Part shown: positions 1 to 25,684 of the stretch, piece after piece
How positions within the stretch are numbered: the stretch's first letter is position 1
Layout: each line of letters starts with the position of its first letter
NCBI RefSeq assembly: GCF_003704095.1
Contig: NW_020845961.1
Location: 124,001 to 188,000, forward strand
DNA: 64,000 nt
Source: Pocillopora damicornis
Lineage: Eukaryota
Direction of reading: 5' to 3'
Notes under the pieces: model-generated
What the model was told of the DNA's origin: nothing
The model's database searches: none
Seen by the model: the letters and a program-made list of their open reading frames with translations, nothing else
Made by a program: the position numbers and the translations under genes

Positions 1-2652
1 GATATTTACGATTATCCACATCACGAATTTTTAAAAGTGCTATTCAGCCATCTTCGAGAAAAGCGCTCTGTGGTCGTTTTATTTGTTCTGTGAAGATTTC
101 TAAGCTGGACAACACATTATTTTATTTATTGATCTTACAGTTTCATTGATAACCCTCGTAAAAATCTAACGGACCTTGTTTCCCAAGCCTAACCTCTTCA
201 TGACTTTGGCCACTGCTTCAGTGATATTGTTTTAATTGGTTTGCCCTCTGAACAACATTCCACTCAGACAAATGACTTTTAAAGTGTTTTTTCTGTCTCC
301 TGTTGACTCTTTGATTCAAATGACCGTTTCTTAACACACAACACTTCCAATATTTCAACCATGAACTACTTCATAACCTCTAAAAAAAGGCATGTAGAAT
401 TGTGTGCCAGGCCAGCGAATCAGTTTAAAAATAAATATTTTTAACGATGAAGATATAGTTTCAGAAGCCGAAACGAAAACAAATCCTGCCGAGGGCCGGA
501 TGCAAGTACACTGAATACTTCAAAGCTTAAGACGACCGTGGTTTTTTTTTTTTTTTAAGTAGACAATAAAAAGAATTAATTTTCCACTACTTTAATATCT
601 GGGTATGTGTGAGAAAAAATTGTACAACTATCCATAATATTTGGCAATATATTTTAGCGAGGTGCCAAGTTCTATATCCGTCCATTTATGACGTATTGTA
701 GTCAGGTAGCCCTCAACATCAAATACAGAAATATCGACAGACACTTCAAAGCTCTTAAAGACGTCGACCCTTGATATTATTGTGCTATGTTGTAAATCTG
801 TGGCGTAATTTGATCCAAGCTGTCGCCAGTATAAGTACAGCTTTAATGCAAAGTTCGAAAAATTGTTATCATGTGATCTTTAACCTGCACTTCTAAAAAT
901 TGAGACACTTGTTTGAACACGGAGACTGTAAAAAGATTATTATTCTGACAATTTCATGAAATTCTGGCAAGAATAATTAAAAATTGTTGTGTGCATTTAA
1001 TAAGAGACGTTCTTACTGAGTGCACTTCTACCTCCTATACCATGTTTTAGGCAAATTTTGCGTCGTTATCGATGAGGACAATTTTTTTTGCGGCACTATC
1101 AAACTATGGTGGAATTTTCCCCCAACTGACTTCATCATGAGTACAGCCGCTTTCCTGAAGAAAAAAAACTTAAAATATTTTTGGTTGTAGATTTTGCTTG
1201 ACGGACTGATTAGCAAAATTTACCTCTGCTCGGTATATAGAGGCAGAAAAAGCAAAATTTTTCCTGAGGCTGATATTTGTGTTGAACTTTCACCCGGTTA
1301 ACATATATATTTTCTGCTGTTTTTGCAATAGTAGACGCTAAAAATATTTAAAGCTGGCACGAAGCCCGGTTAGAAGCAATAGCGGATGCCTTAAGATGTC
1401 GCCATATTCATGAGTCATTTTTAGTTGTTACCTCAGTCCTCCTACATGTCTTATGAAGTTGTTTTGCCGGAAAAATATGGGAGTTCCTATCCGTCAAAAA
1501 TTGAAAATGAGATAAATAATGGACAAAAAAAAAATAAAAGGAAAACCTTGGCAGATCTACCATTTTATTTGTGATGTATATTCATTTCGAAATATGGTCC
1601 AAGCGAAATATACAATATTCTTTAAGTTGAATATTTTGTTTTTAAAATTGTTCACAGACCTCATAGTACGCAATTTCACTCTTGATTTACGGAAGTTTCG
1701 TAGAGACCCACTTCTGTCAAATTAAGTTTGTGGTTTTCAAAAGCTATTCCTGGGGTTTTGCGAAATTAAAATATTCTTCACCTTTCCCAAAGGCAACTAA
1801 GCTCTCGGCATAAAATCTTAATTATCTGAGCATCTCATCAATTTTTGCGATATTTTCTCATTTCTTGTGAAGCCAGCTGCCTAGTTTCAACGATAAGAAG
1901 TTATTCCGTGTAAATTTGACAGCTCTACTCATGAATTTTTCTCTCCATTATTAATTTTCTTTTTTTAGAATCAATACGCAAAATTATATTTATTTGTACT
2001 AACATCGTAGGCGCTGTGGCAGGCATGTGATTGTTTCAATGTTGTAATCGTATTCGTTTGACTGTCACCATCCTACCCTTTGACATCAGAGACTTTAAGC
2101 AAAACCAGAAGTACTTAAACTACGAACGTCATCTGTTTAATTTAATTTCCCTCTCACTCCCACTTCCTTCAAATTTTTCAAGCCCCAATCATGCGCAGTT
2201 TTCGAAAGTCTTCCTTCTTTCGTTTTATCTAGAAAGTTTCCCCGCATAGATCGTGACCCTCGTCAAAACTGAAAATGAAAGAAGGAAAAAGGCACGTTTG
2301 GTAGTTAACTCTCATACTTCAGTTAAGTTGTGAGAACCGGAAGGACAATCTACTCTGACGATGCAATGACCTTGGCGAAAAAAGCGTTTGCGTGTTTCCT
2401 GTTGCGTGTTGATCCAAATCACTTTATCGTAATTCGTGAAATATTTGCTGACTGTTTTACTGAAAATAAAAAAGATATTCACAGAATCGAAGACTGACCA
2501 GTATCGACAGAGATGAGAGTGCTTGCGTTCTATAAGTTATGTAACAAGGGAATGTTTTACGAAATGTGAAACACACGGCTGATGTAAGAGCGACCTTGTC
2601 ATGCGCCTCATGCGATGCATGTGAACGTCAGCTGGAAAACTAACAGACTCTT

Positions 2653-2702
2653 GACCAATCACAGCCCACGTCCTATATTATTCAACATAAGAACCAATCA
2701 GA
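2653..2702 (+). promoter_or_regulatory. Two CCAAT (NF-Y-type) boxes upstream of the MAPK gene
   Basis: gaCCAATca at 2653-2661 and aaCCAATcag at 2692-2701, 39 bp apart, ~190-230 bp before the ATG in a CpG-rich stretch. Motif match only. Confidence 0.5.
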
Positions 2703-2882
2703 TGTTCTCGTGAGAGCGTACGCCGGTTAATAACTTGTTCGAACAATTGTCTCAGAAAAGTTTTTAGCGCTACCACGGGAGTAGGTCGTGAGGGGCCTTT
2801 GAAATGTTTCTACCTTTATAGCAGTGGCTCACTTTTTCCTAAGAGTCCTAGGGAACACATCGACTTCACAAAGACACTCACA

Positions 2883-5706
<2,824 letters not shown>

Positions 5707-7273
5707 ATGGTCACTATTGAGTTTTTGTACTTGAGGATTCACATGATTCACGTGTCTAATCAATGTTAGGGCTGGTTCAGCACCTTGAAACTTGCTATGG
5801 TGCTTTGCCTTGGTTTAGTGGAAGGGGTCGTTGTGTTGAAAAGTGAGTGTTTGTTCATTGGAAAGTGTTGTGTTGTCTGGTTTTTATTAGAAGTTAAAAT
5901 CTTAAAAAAGGAAAACAAATTGGGAAACTAATTGGATTTTCCTGTATGTAATTTGATTTATTCTTTATTTCTTTGTCAGTGTTTCCTTCAAGTACTTTGC
6001 CATTCATGGCTTAATTTACCACTAATTGTATTTTAAAAAGTATCCGTTATTGCATTTTGCCCTATTTAAAGTAATAGTTTGAAACAGTTAGGTTTGTGCC
6101 CAAGGGTTTCTTTTATGTATGCTCTTGAAATTGTAATTTTATTTATTGGTGTTCATTTTTAAGCAATTTCGTAAAATAGTTAGTGAAGGACAGTTCATTT
6201 TTTTGTGTGTGTGTTGATGGTAACTTTCTTTTTTTACTCTCTCTCATTTTTGAAATTCTCCAATGGTTTTAAGGTTTCATAAACATAATTTCATATTATT
6301 TAATTTTTTTGACAATTGTCATTTGTAAGAAAAAAGAGAAAGAAAGAAAAAAAAATTAATATTGATTAAATTGCAATTTGCCTGGCAAAACAAAAGGAAA
6401 TCATCCTTACTCAAGCTTGGCCCTTGATGAAATTATGCTAACAATTATGGCTATTAACAAGAAAAGACAGATGTATCATAATATAATTTATCATAATTTA
6501 ATTTATTCGGGATGTGGGGGGGTATGAGCGAACATGAAAAATTTACCAAAGAGCTCTTGTATATTATGCCTGAGCTGTTCAGGGAATTTTCTTTGGGAAA
6601 ATGTTATTTTTTGTCAAACATATAAGGTCACATCCTATGTGAACGTAACATTGTGAATTAAAATGTCGACGCTACGCTTAGATTGATGAGAAGCTTAAAT
6701 TTGTCAATTCGGTGTAGAGTAGTTTAAATTATATAAACCGTTGCACTTACGCTATGGCCGGTTATTTATGGTGCTGTGCCAAAATAAACTTTGCTATATT
6801 TGCTGTAAAATTGAGGAAATTATTTGCTAAATAAATAACTGTTCACTTTAAACTCTGTCTACTCCGTCTTAGTAGTTGTAAGGAGCTGTAAAGTAGAGTC
6901 AGTTACTGGCGAAGTACACCAGAATGTATGACAATCTTCGTCATGCTCACGTTTTCTCTCATGCGACCCAATATTCACGTGATACTCTGCACGTGAAGAG
7001 ACAGTATTGTTTACTCGCTCTGGTCGAAATGTACGTATTGTTTCTAGAAATATCTTCAGGTGATAGAATGGTCGATACATTAACGCTGGTTCATCGAGAT
7101 ATGAAGCAGCTGGAACATGATACAGTCGCAATCGGCTGCTCCTCGAGAAACTTACTCGTCACTTTGATACCGTTAATTTCTCTTAAGTATTTTGATGAAC
7201 ACGTAATTGACGTCTGAACCAGTTGTTTCATAACATTTCTGTCCCATTATTTTAGTAGTACTGTTGTGCAAGC

Positions 7274-7512
7274 GTTAAAGCCTGCACGCACATTACATCA
7301 TCAACGTGCAAAGTGCCCGTTTGATTTTATTGAATTGATTTTAAAAATTTACAAGGAAAAATTATTGGTTGCAGATGTTAGCAACCGAAATTTCAATGAT
7401 GTAAGTTTGTCGGAAGTAACATAATCTGTCCGTTAGTGGCATCTTTTACGCTTTTTAAAACATGATTTACATATCAATGGCGTGCACGCGATTACGCACG
7501 TGCAGGTTTAAC
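7274..7512. mobile_element. MITE-like element with terminal inverted repeats
   Basis: gttaaagcctgcacg at the left end and cgtgcaggtttaac at the right end (inverted, 1-nt indel), both ending in TTAA. Confidence 0.5.
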
Positions 7513-7693
7513 ACGTACTCGGCCGCGGTTCATTGACTTTTGTCTTCTGTTCCACAATGCGCGCTGAAAGGTCATCCTTTGCGACTAAAAATAAGTCGTT
7601 TGTCAAAGAATATTGCCAATCGATTGATTTCTCTCGTCGTCGATAAGAACACATCATCCATAAAATTTCTTAAGGCAAGCATATCAGACTGTA

Positions 7694-7797
7694 CAGGGTG
7701 ATTCAGTATTATCAACTGAGTTGACAACGTGAATTGGCCATTGTTAAGAGTTACAAAGCTGACGTTTCGAGCATTAGCCCTTCGTAAGAGCGAATGA
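7694..7797 (-). mobile_element. Partial Penelope-type short repeat with mutated hammerhead core
   Basis: Reverse complement reads gct CTTACGA agggc taat gctc GAAAC GTC agc, the same family as 9790-9943 with CUGA changed to CUUA. Confidence 0.7.
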
Positions 7798-9789
7798 TCT
7801 AACAATATTCTTTTTCAAGGCTAAAAATTTAACTCGAAGTGCTTTCCTGAGATAAACAAACTTTTGGGGTAGTAATTTTGAAAATCCAAAGTACATGTTT
7901 GGATTTAACTAGCATTGGTTTGCATTCACGTGGGCAGCACACTACATTTTACCATATTTTGCTGTTTGCGTAGATATTGCTTCTGCATCATTCTAAAATG
8001 AACCGTGTAAAACGTCAAAGAGGACTTCGATAAGTTAAAATTAAAAGTACATCGTACGGACCTGAACTTCTCATAATTGATTGGGGACCCTCGGACCGGT
8101 CACCGCTAACAAGGCGGAGAAGTGATGCGTGGTACACTTTCAACGCAGCCGGCCACTCGCGCGATACCGAAGCGTGTAAGGGTGTATGCAAGGGTACAAT
8201 GTAACGTGATTTCAGGTCGATTATTTTGAAAGGCGTGAACAATCCCCCGCTGTCTGTTGCAGTTTCTGCGTAACTCAAATTGCTACTAAATTGTCTCAAC
8301 TTTAAAAAGGCCATATAATTTTAATCGATAATTTAAGTTGATACATAATCCTCACATAGCAACATAGAGCTGGCTGTCCTTTAAAAGGATAGAGGCACTA
8401 AAAATTCCATACTGTGACTTCGACATTCCGTGAACAGATCGTTACGAATTCGAGAATGTCTATCTCCTGCGGTCTCTTTCGCAGCCTTGTCTGGTCTGGC
8501 CACGCAACGCATTCTAATAGAGAAACTGTTGCGTGTAAAGACCAAACATGGTAAACCAACGGCTGCCAAATTACCGAACGAATGTCGACTTTCGACAGAG
8601 CTGATTAAAACTAAATTTTTGTTCCATCATCAATGAGATGAGATGTAGCTTAGGTATATTACTGAACCCTAAAATGTTTGTCAAACACTACCGCGACCAA
8701 GGATTTGCAAGGTTAAAGACATACTCTCATAACCACATTTTCTTCCTTAGAGAGCTAAACCCTCTGACCCTTAGGAGTGACTAGTATCGGGATTATTTTC
8801 ATTCTATCAGTGATTTGATTCTTCACAATGTCTCTATGTAAGCAACGTAAATGTACGGCGTTTAATGGCTGTGTCAGGGGCCCATTAATAATGGGCTCCT
8901 GCTGTGTTTTTCAATTTCGAAAGCTTGTCTCCAAGCTGTGACGTCGGTCAAGGTAAAACAGGCCGAAATTATTACCCTTGTGATTAAAGTGACGTTGTAA
9001 AAAATGGAACAAGATAATTTACCAGAAGGTAGAAAAGACGGGGGAGTTTGGGAGTTTGGGGTCCTGATCCCATTTCACGCATGAACTTTAGAAAAATTAA
9101 TGCGTCATGTGTACTTAAAAAAGTATTGACATGTCACAAATTCGCGTAAAATTCACTTATCGCGTAACCATTTGGGCTAAATAACCCTTAACCACCCTTT
9201 TGCTACAACCTTCAGTGTTCCACGTACATTAATACATTTACATTGCCACAAAGCCCGTTAAAAGCGTCATTTCCAGAGTTGATCCAGGTGACGGTATAGT
9301 AATAATGTGTTCGCACTTTCAGCTCACGACTGCACCAAATTCCACGCAAACTCCTGATTACAAAACGAAAACCGCTCATTTTTCAATACTTCTTACACTT
9401 AGAAAATAACGTCTTATCCTGTTGATTGAGAAACGAACCTTTTGAACGACTGGAACTTGCTGATCCGAGCTAAATTAAAAATAAAGCACATCATCTTCAA
9501 AATAAAAATGTCCAGTCATTATGACGTAAAAAGTCTCCGCATTCCAATGCATCTTAGACGTAAACTAAATTTTCACTTACGTTAGTTTTTCTTGATTCTC
9601 CGTCAGTTAAGACGAACGAAGGAAAGGTAAGCGTTAAATGGCGGCTAGGGTTGTCAGCGGACCCTCACGATCTCGGAACAAGCTGGTCCAGGCTCCCGGA
9701 GAGTAGAAATTCGCGATAAAGGGGGAGAGCTACAAACGCGTTGTTTTACGCGCGTATGCTACTTTGCTTATCCCCGACACAGTTGCCAA

Positions 9790-9943
9790 TCCCTCTGACG
9801 AAGGGCTAGCGCTCGAAACGTCAGCCTCTAAACTCTTAACGGTGGCCAATTTACGTTTTCAACCCAGTTGATAAAACCAAATTACCCTGTTATACTCTCC
9901 CACCGACGCGGCACCACAGTTTCTTTAGAAACTTACCCTCTCT
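9790..9943 (+). mobile_element. Penelope-type (pLTR-like) short insertion with 11-bp target-site duplication
   Basis: Flanked by acagttgccaa at 9779-9789 and 9944-9954. Homologous to 7694-7797, 19353-19617 and 38955-39203. Penelope assignment is inferred from the minimal hammerhead motif. Confidence 0.75.
9792..9825 (+). ncRNA. Minimal type I hammerhead ribozyme motif
   Basis: CUGACGA (9795-9801), A, helix II GGGC/uagc/GCUC, GAAAC, GUC cleavage triplet (9820-9822), palindromic ACGU helix III, 2-bp helix I (cu/ag). Confidence 0.65.
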
Positions 9944-11809
9944 ACAGTTGCCAAAAGTCAGGCATGTGCAAGTGGATCAATTTGCGCCGGCCTCGCGCCT
10001 GATATCAGCGGGAACTTTCAAAGGGAAAATTTAAAAAGCAACTGCTGTGCCATAGCGTACAGAATTCTATTAAAGGAAAAAAAGTGGAGAAAAGGGAAAT
10101 TCGAGAATGTTTGAACGCGAGCCTTATTTAAATTACGACTTTTGCGAGTATTCTGATTACTTTCTTTTTAACTCGACAAGCTGAAAGTACACCATAGCAC
10201 ATGCGCAAACGTACGAACGCCATGTCATTATGCACTACCACCCACTGCAGGCGAGTCACCCTTAAGAACCAGTTCTCTGTGGCAGCCAACTCTACTCAAC
10301 CACAAACAAAACATTTTAACTATTAAGGAAATCTTTATTGACAAGACGAATTTGTCCTTTTTTAACACAGTCATTTAAAAAATACAACTGATTCTAAAGT
10401 TATATACCTCGATAACTATAGGATACAACTTCTACAAAACTAAAATGTCTTTAAAATTTTTACAATTGACTCTTTTTGTAACAGCAATGTCAACTAAATA
10501 TTATTCACAAAAACGTTAAAAATTAATTACTCAGATACCATAATTTCCTTAAGGATAATGACTTTGAAATATTTTTTAGTATTCCATAACGGAATCATGT
10601 GATTTAATTGCAAACGTTAACTGAGTAATGTTCTTGAATTCAAAAAATTTACAAAGAAAGGTAATTGTTACACATATCGTAACAAATAAATTGTTTCATC
10701 ATAAACTTATAAAAAAGTTTTCTTAAAAGCTGTTCTGTAGGATGTCACGCAACACAGTCTCTCCCAGAAGGACGAGCAGTGCGTAACATCCCAAACAACA
10801 GTTGCTAAAGGTACTTAAACCCCATTCGCAGTAAAGCTTTAAAACATGTCTTTAAGCCGTTTAGGTTAACACGGTTAAAAAGTTTTCTTCATAGCTGCTT
10901 CAACTGATGTTTGTTGATTTCCAATTTAACATATTAAAAATACATGTTAGTGAATAGATGAAACCTGTGGAAAACTTTTTCTGTTTCTGTTTTTAATTCT
11001 GTCAAACCCGGTTTGACTACACATGTTTTGCCAGTGTGAACGGGGTTTAATTTGAGCTCTGCATTTCATCCCAATACAGTTGGAAATTGTAGACAATATT
11101 AGTTATTTTTACAACAGTAAAATGTCGCATGTGAAATTCCATTTCTCAAAAAAAGCAATAAATATCATTCGTATTCTACAAATTCAAGTTGGTGCTTTAA
11201 ACAGCCCTGTTTTTTAATACAAATTTAGCATAAATTAGGATGGCCCTTTATTCAAGGGATGTTGCCTCCATGAGGATGTTGGTGATTAACGGTAAATGAA
11301 ATCTATATACAATGTTTTCAGATTCCTCTCCACATTATGAGCAATACAGATACATCATAGAGTTTAAAACGTTCTCTGTTAACAAAAAAAAGAAAAAAAG
11401 AAAAGAAAAAAACGGGTTTTAGAGATAATACGGTTCTGGTAAACCAGACGGTAGCGCTAAAGGATAAAGAATTGTACTGCGCAGCCTTCATTCTCACCAT
11501 TTCCCGAGTGATTAGCGTGCACGTGAATACACGAGGACTCCAATGGCTAAATATTGCCAGATTGGTAAATCACCATCTTTTAGTGCAAGAGCATGCTGTT
11601 AGTATTTTTCCCCTCGATTTTCAAATCTTTCTGCGAAGTAATAAAGGACGCTAGCTTCACTAACATTTGGCAGCTTTCCAGGCTTTTTAATTTTTACAGA
11701 TTATCACTCATCCCTAACAGGGGGAGAGAGAGGAATACGTCATTAAAACTCAAGGATCACTTAGGCCTAACCTTATACCAATCACTATCTTTTGTGTAGT
11801 ACACTGGGC

Positions 11810-22136
<10,327 letters not shown>

Positions 22137-24087
22137 CTTTAATTAGCATCTGTTGTGATAAGAAACACCGCTGACGAATGTCTACAGTTACACAGGTGCC
22201 CAACATTTCTAGATTCAGGAACTTTCGTTGTGGCTTGGTTTACAACGTGCCCAGAATAATTTAAACCACAGGAATCAGAACACGGATACGGGATTTTGTT
22301 TGATCTTTCATTTTTGTTTGCAGTCTCCGCGCTACCGCCGTTTATGAAATTGTGTCGGAATGTAAAATATTGATGTAATAATAGAAAACGTAAATTGATA
22401 AATATCATCATTTCATTACTTTTGTTTTAGTTCTTCAATCAATTCTGTACGCCTGGGCGTGTCATTACAACTAATTCCTGTAACCCTTGTAGCATCCTTT
22501 TCATTGTCCTCAGCTAATACGAGATACTAGGCGTTTCCGGTCGGGGAACAAAAAGTCGCCAATTTTGGGCAAAATAGAGTCGTATGACGACAAAGCATTT
22601 CCTATCATTTTTCATTTGATACCTCTATAACTCACAGAAATTTATTTGTTTCTTGACTAAGTGCAAAATACGAGCAATAAATAAAGAGTCAAACTCGATT
22701 CAGTTGCTAGCTTAATTTACTTCCTAAAAACCACCATATAGGTTGAAATGCTCTGCAAGCAGGCAAGATGAGGCTGATCCTGTGTTCTGATTGGTTCATC
22801 ACGACAGTGAGACAGATGCGACTAGGAAACATGTGTCAAATAATTGTTCTTTATTGACAAGGTGTATCGTATTGTCAAGGTGGCTAAATATTGTTCTTGT
22901 TCTTTTTTTTCTCCCTTGATATGAACCTCGACTTCGTATCTGCCCATAAAAGTCCACAAACAAGGAATTTGGCCAATATTCAACAGTTCTTACTGGGAAA
23001 CTCGTTTATGAACGCCCATCTATTGACAAAGGCACCTAATTTATGCTCACAGTATAAATAAGCTCAGTACATAAAATTTTATCAAAAAATTTGTCCACCA
23101 GATTTACCAATGGAAAGGAACGCTAATTAGTTAATTAAAATTTCTGAAAAAACTCAAACTTTTGAAAACGATCTGACAGAAAGTCCTAATTTTCCATGAT
23201 CGTCTGCTCAAATAAATTTCAACCCCGCAAAAAATAGAATCCAAAATGTTGGCTTTGAGGAAATAAGAAACCCAAAGCAATATAACTGAGAGGGAACGAA
23301 GGAACCAGAAGGCGTATTGGCTCCTTAGGTTATGACAGATTCATGACAGATAACAATGGGTCAAACGTAAACGGACTTTCAGTCGTACTTTCTGTGTTTC
23401 CACGACGTTGTCTTTCCTCCGAGACTGTCTATGGTCTGTCCATTTAGATATAGAATGAAAATTAGTTTATACTTTACAGGTGAATAAAATAGTGCTTTTC
23501 GCGCGCTCTGATTGGTTAGTCCGGAAATGAATAGCAAGTATTTTTTACCTCCGAGCAACCGATGAGACAATCGCAAGTCAAGAGTTTGATTTCAGACCAT
23601 TTTCGGTATGTCGACATAAATGGGCTATATTTTTGGTTTCTGTTTGGTATATACTGAAAAAAACTACTCGCTCATCACTGTCGGTGAGAACATTAAGCAG
23701 AGGCTAAAAGATTTCTTCCCTAGGAAAAAGAAAATCAAAAGTTTTTTTCGTTGCAGTCAACGAGGTATTTCGGGAAGTTTACCCTTACGCCTAAAATGTG
23801 CGTGTTCTACCGAACTTTGGAGGATTTTGGTTGAGTCACAAAAAAATTTATCTGATCCCCCCTAAGGCTCTATAATATTCTTATGGATCCCCTTCCCTCC
23901 CCCCCCTTTTCATTGGCAGTTAATTGGCAGTCAATTTTCTATAGTACCCCCATGATATGTTGTTGGTGACGACTAATCCCCACTCCGTTCCCCTTGAAAA
24001 CTATGTAACCTCCCCAAAAAATGCCCCACTACCCCCCTCAGAAAAAGCATAATGACTCTCCCTCGGGTGTTGTCAATTCTAGGACTT

Positions 24088-25684
24088 TTAACGCACAAAT
24101 ATCTGCCATAAGTCACCCAAAGACATTGCGATGTCTTTGGCGACATCATCATCACAAGCATGAGGCAAAGAGCCTATGAATTGGTAATAGCGGGCCCACG
24201 GAATTAACAGTGCTCTTGAAAACAGACGGTTGTCTTTTAAATACCCGCTATGCCCCCATCTGTTTTCCGTTGGGTGGCCCCATTTTTCACAGTTCCTTGC
24301 AAGTATTGAGTGGTCGTCTCCGAGACGCGTAAAAGAACCGCAAGCGCGGGGAAAACTGTTACTGTCTGTTAAATACGCTAACACATTTGCTCCCTTGGAA
24401 TCCTTGTTGGTCATGATGTGAAGCACGCGGCCAACTTTCTTTTTGAAGCAGTAGAACCGGATCTGTGTGAAGCCCATGTCGTTTCTTAGCTGATTGAAGC
24501 CCTTCCGTAACAAATAGTGGTTGTTAGATTTATATTTAGGGAGAATCTCCCTGTAAGAATTTGAGGTAACAGATGGAAGGTTATCAGGATTATTATCTTT
24601 CATAAGAAAGCGACCGATAAGAGTCCATCCACCTGACAAAAAAAAAAGGTATTTGTAAACATATCAAGGTAAATGGGTGAAAAGGTAAGCAAAGATTAGC
24701 TCCCGCCCAATCAATCTGATTGTTCCACTCCCTGTAGCCTCGATTTTGTACCAGGCTATTTTCACCTAGGTGCAAAAGAGAGGACCCTGGGTACGAAGTT
24801 ACATTGTGTTGTGTTCAAAGGGAGAATAATATCATAACAAAATAATATCAGCTAATGACGTCCACCTGCTGTAATGGTTGTACTTACATTACTCTTCGCA
24901 AACAAAGTATTTATTTTCCTTAAGACTGACATGATTTTAGTTGTATCTTGTACAGAAATTGATTCAAAACAATACCCTAGAAATCTGGTTTGGGCAAGTC
25001 CTAAGTAGCTGTGGAACTAGATATGGAACTATCACCGTTTAAAACGCCGAATAATTTCGCTGTTCAACTAATAAGACACACGAAAATAAAGCACTTAACG
25101 GCGGCTTTTAACCTAGTTAAGGTCTAAACTAACCTTGTGCAGTTGTCATGTCACAGAACGCTATGAAGGAGTCCCCTGAAGCTGTTGGGTCGATCCAGTA
25201 CTCACCATCCCCCTCAGCGTCACCGCTTGTCAAGATATCTTGGCAGGAATGGCCTGGGACCAAAGATTTTGAGCCTTTCTTTGCTGTAAGAAAATAGAAG
25301 TAAGAGGTCTTCTGTCAGTTCATGCGCTTCTATCTTACTTGGGATCAGAGAGTTATCTAGGCTACCTCGAAAGTTATTCTCCATATAGGTAGCAGCTGCG
25401 TTATCTATGAAATCCTCTGGTCTTGAATTCTTTGTCTCCTTGTTCAATCTACATTCCTTTTGATCCCAAAGATACGTCACACTTTGACACTTCTCCTCTG
25501 AGCTGCACTCAAAGAAACAGTGACCAAAATGGTTTGCGGATTCTCTTCTGTAGTCATGTCCAACTAAAGCAAAACCATGCTCTTCTCTGTTGTCCCGGCA
25601 TACAAGACTTTTTGCACGGTCACCAAAAACTGCTGTGGGTTGGACCACTATGTAAAATAGGGCCGTTATTGCTTTGGCAAACAT
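24088..25684 (-). CDS. Secreted PAN/apple domain + fibrinogen-like-start protein, paralog A, ~337 aa
   Basis: Exons 25684-25366, 25283-25134, 24632-24088 (phase 1/1). Hydrophobic N-terminus, PAN pattern CFFECSSEEKCQSVTY...CRLN, then SCQDI...DGEYWIDP...FCDMTTAQGGWTL, then a Cys/Trp-containing C-terminal domain ending LGDLWQIFVR. A splice acceptor immediately before the ATG implies upstream UTR exons. Confidence 0.85.

Larger units (their letters stand above)
6860..9360 (-). pseudogene. Possible decayed multi-exon gene, tentatively ZP-domain-like
   Basis: CpG-rich exon-like blocks on the - strand at about 9245-9353, 8410-8600, 8062-8266 and 6860-7130. Peptides VFTRNSFSIRMRC, RYIVPLHTPLHASV...SGDRSEGPQSIM and TFR...NTV/FTCRV loosely resemble ZP-N/ZP-C segments but need frameshifts. 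Recognised by eye only. Confidence 0.25.

Noticed and set aside
2352-2392. CTGACGA...GAAA hammerhead-like string upstream of the MAPK
   Set aside because: Helix II is imperfect, there is no valid helix III/NUH cleavage site or helix I, and no repeat context.
1-2600. Short ORFs in the first 2.6 kb
   Set aside because: AT-rich low-complexity translations with no domain similarity or consistent splice structure.
2799-2882. ORF-track N-terminal extension of the MAPK from a TTG start
   Set aside because: Non-AUG start with no kinase similarity; the ATG at 2883 gives a normal N-terminus.
22740-24062. Probable interspersed repeat fragments (22740-23010, 23450-23700, 23850-24062)
   Set aside because: They resemble coral repeats I recall but are single-copy here with no clear TIR or TSD, so I cannot support a specific call.
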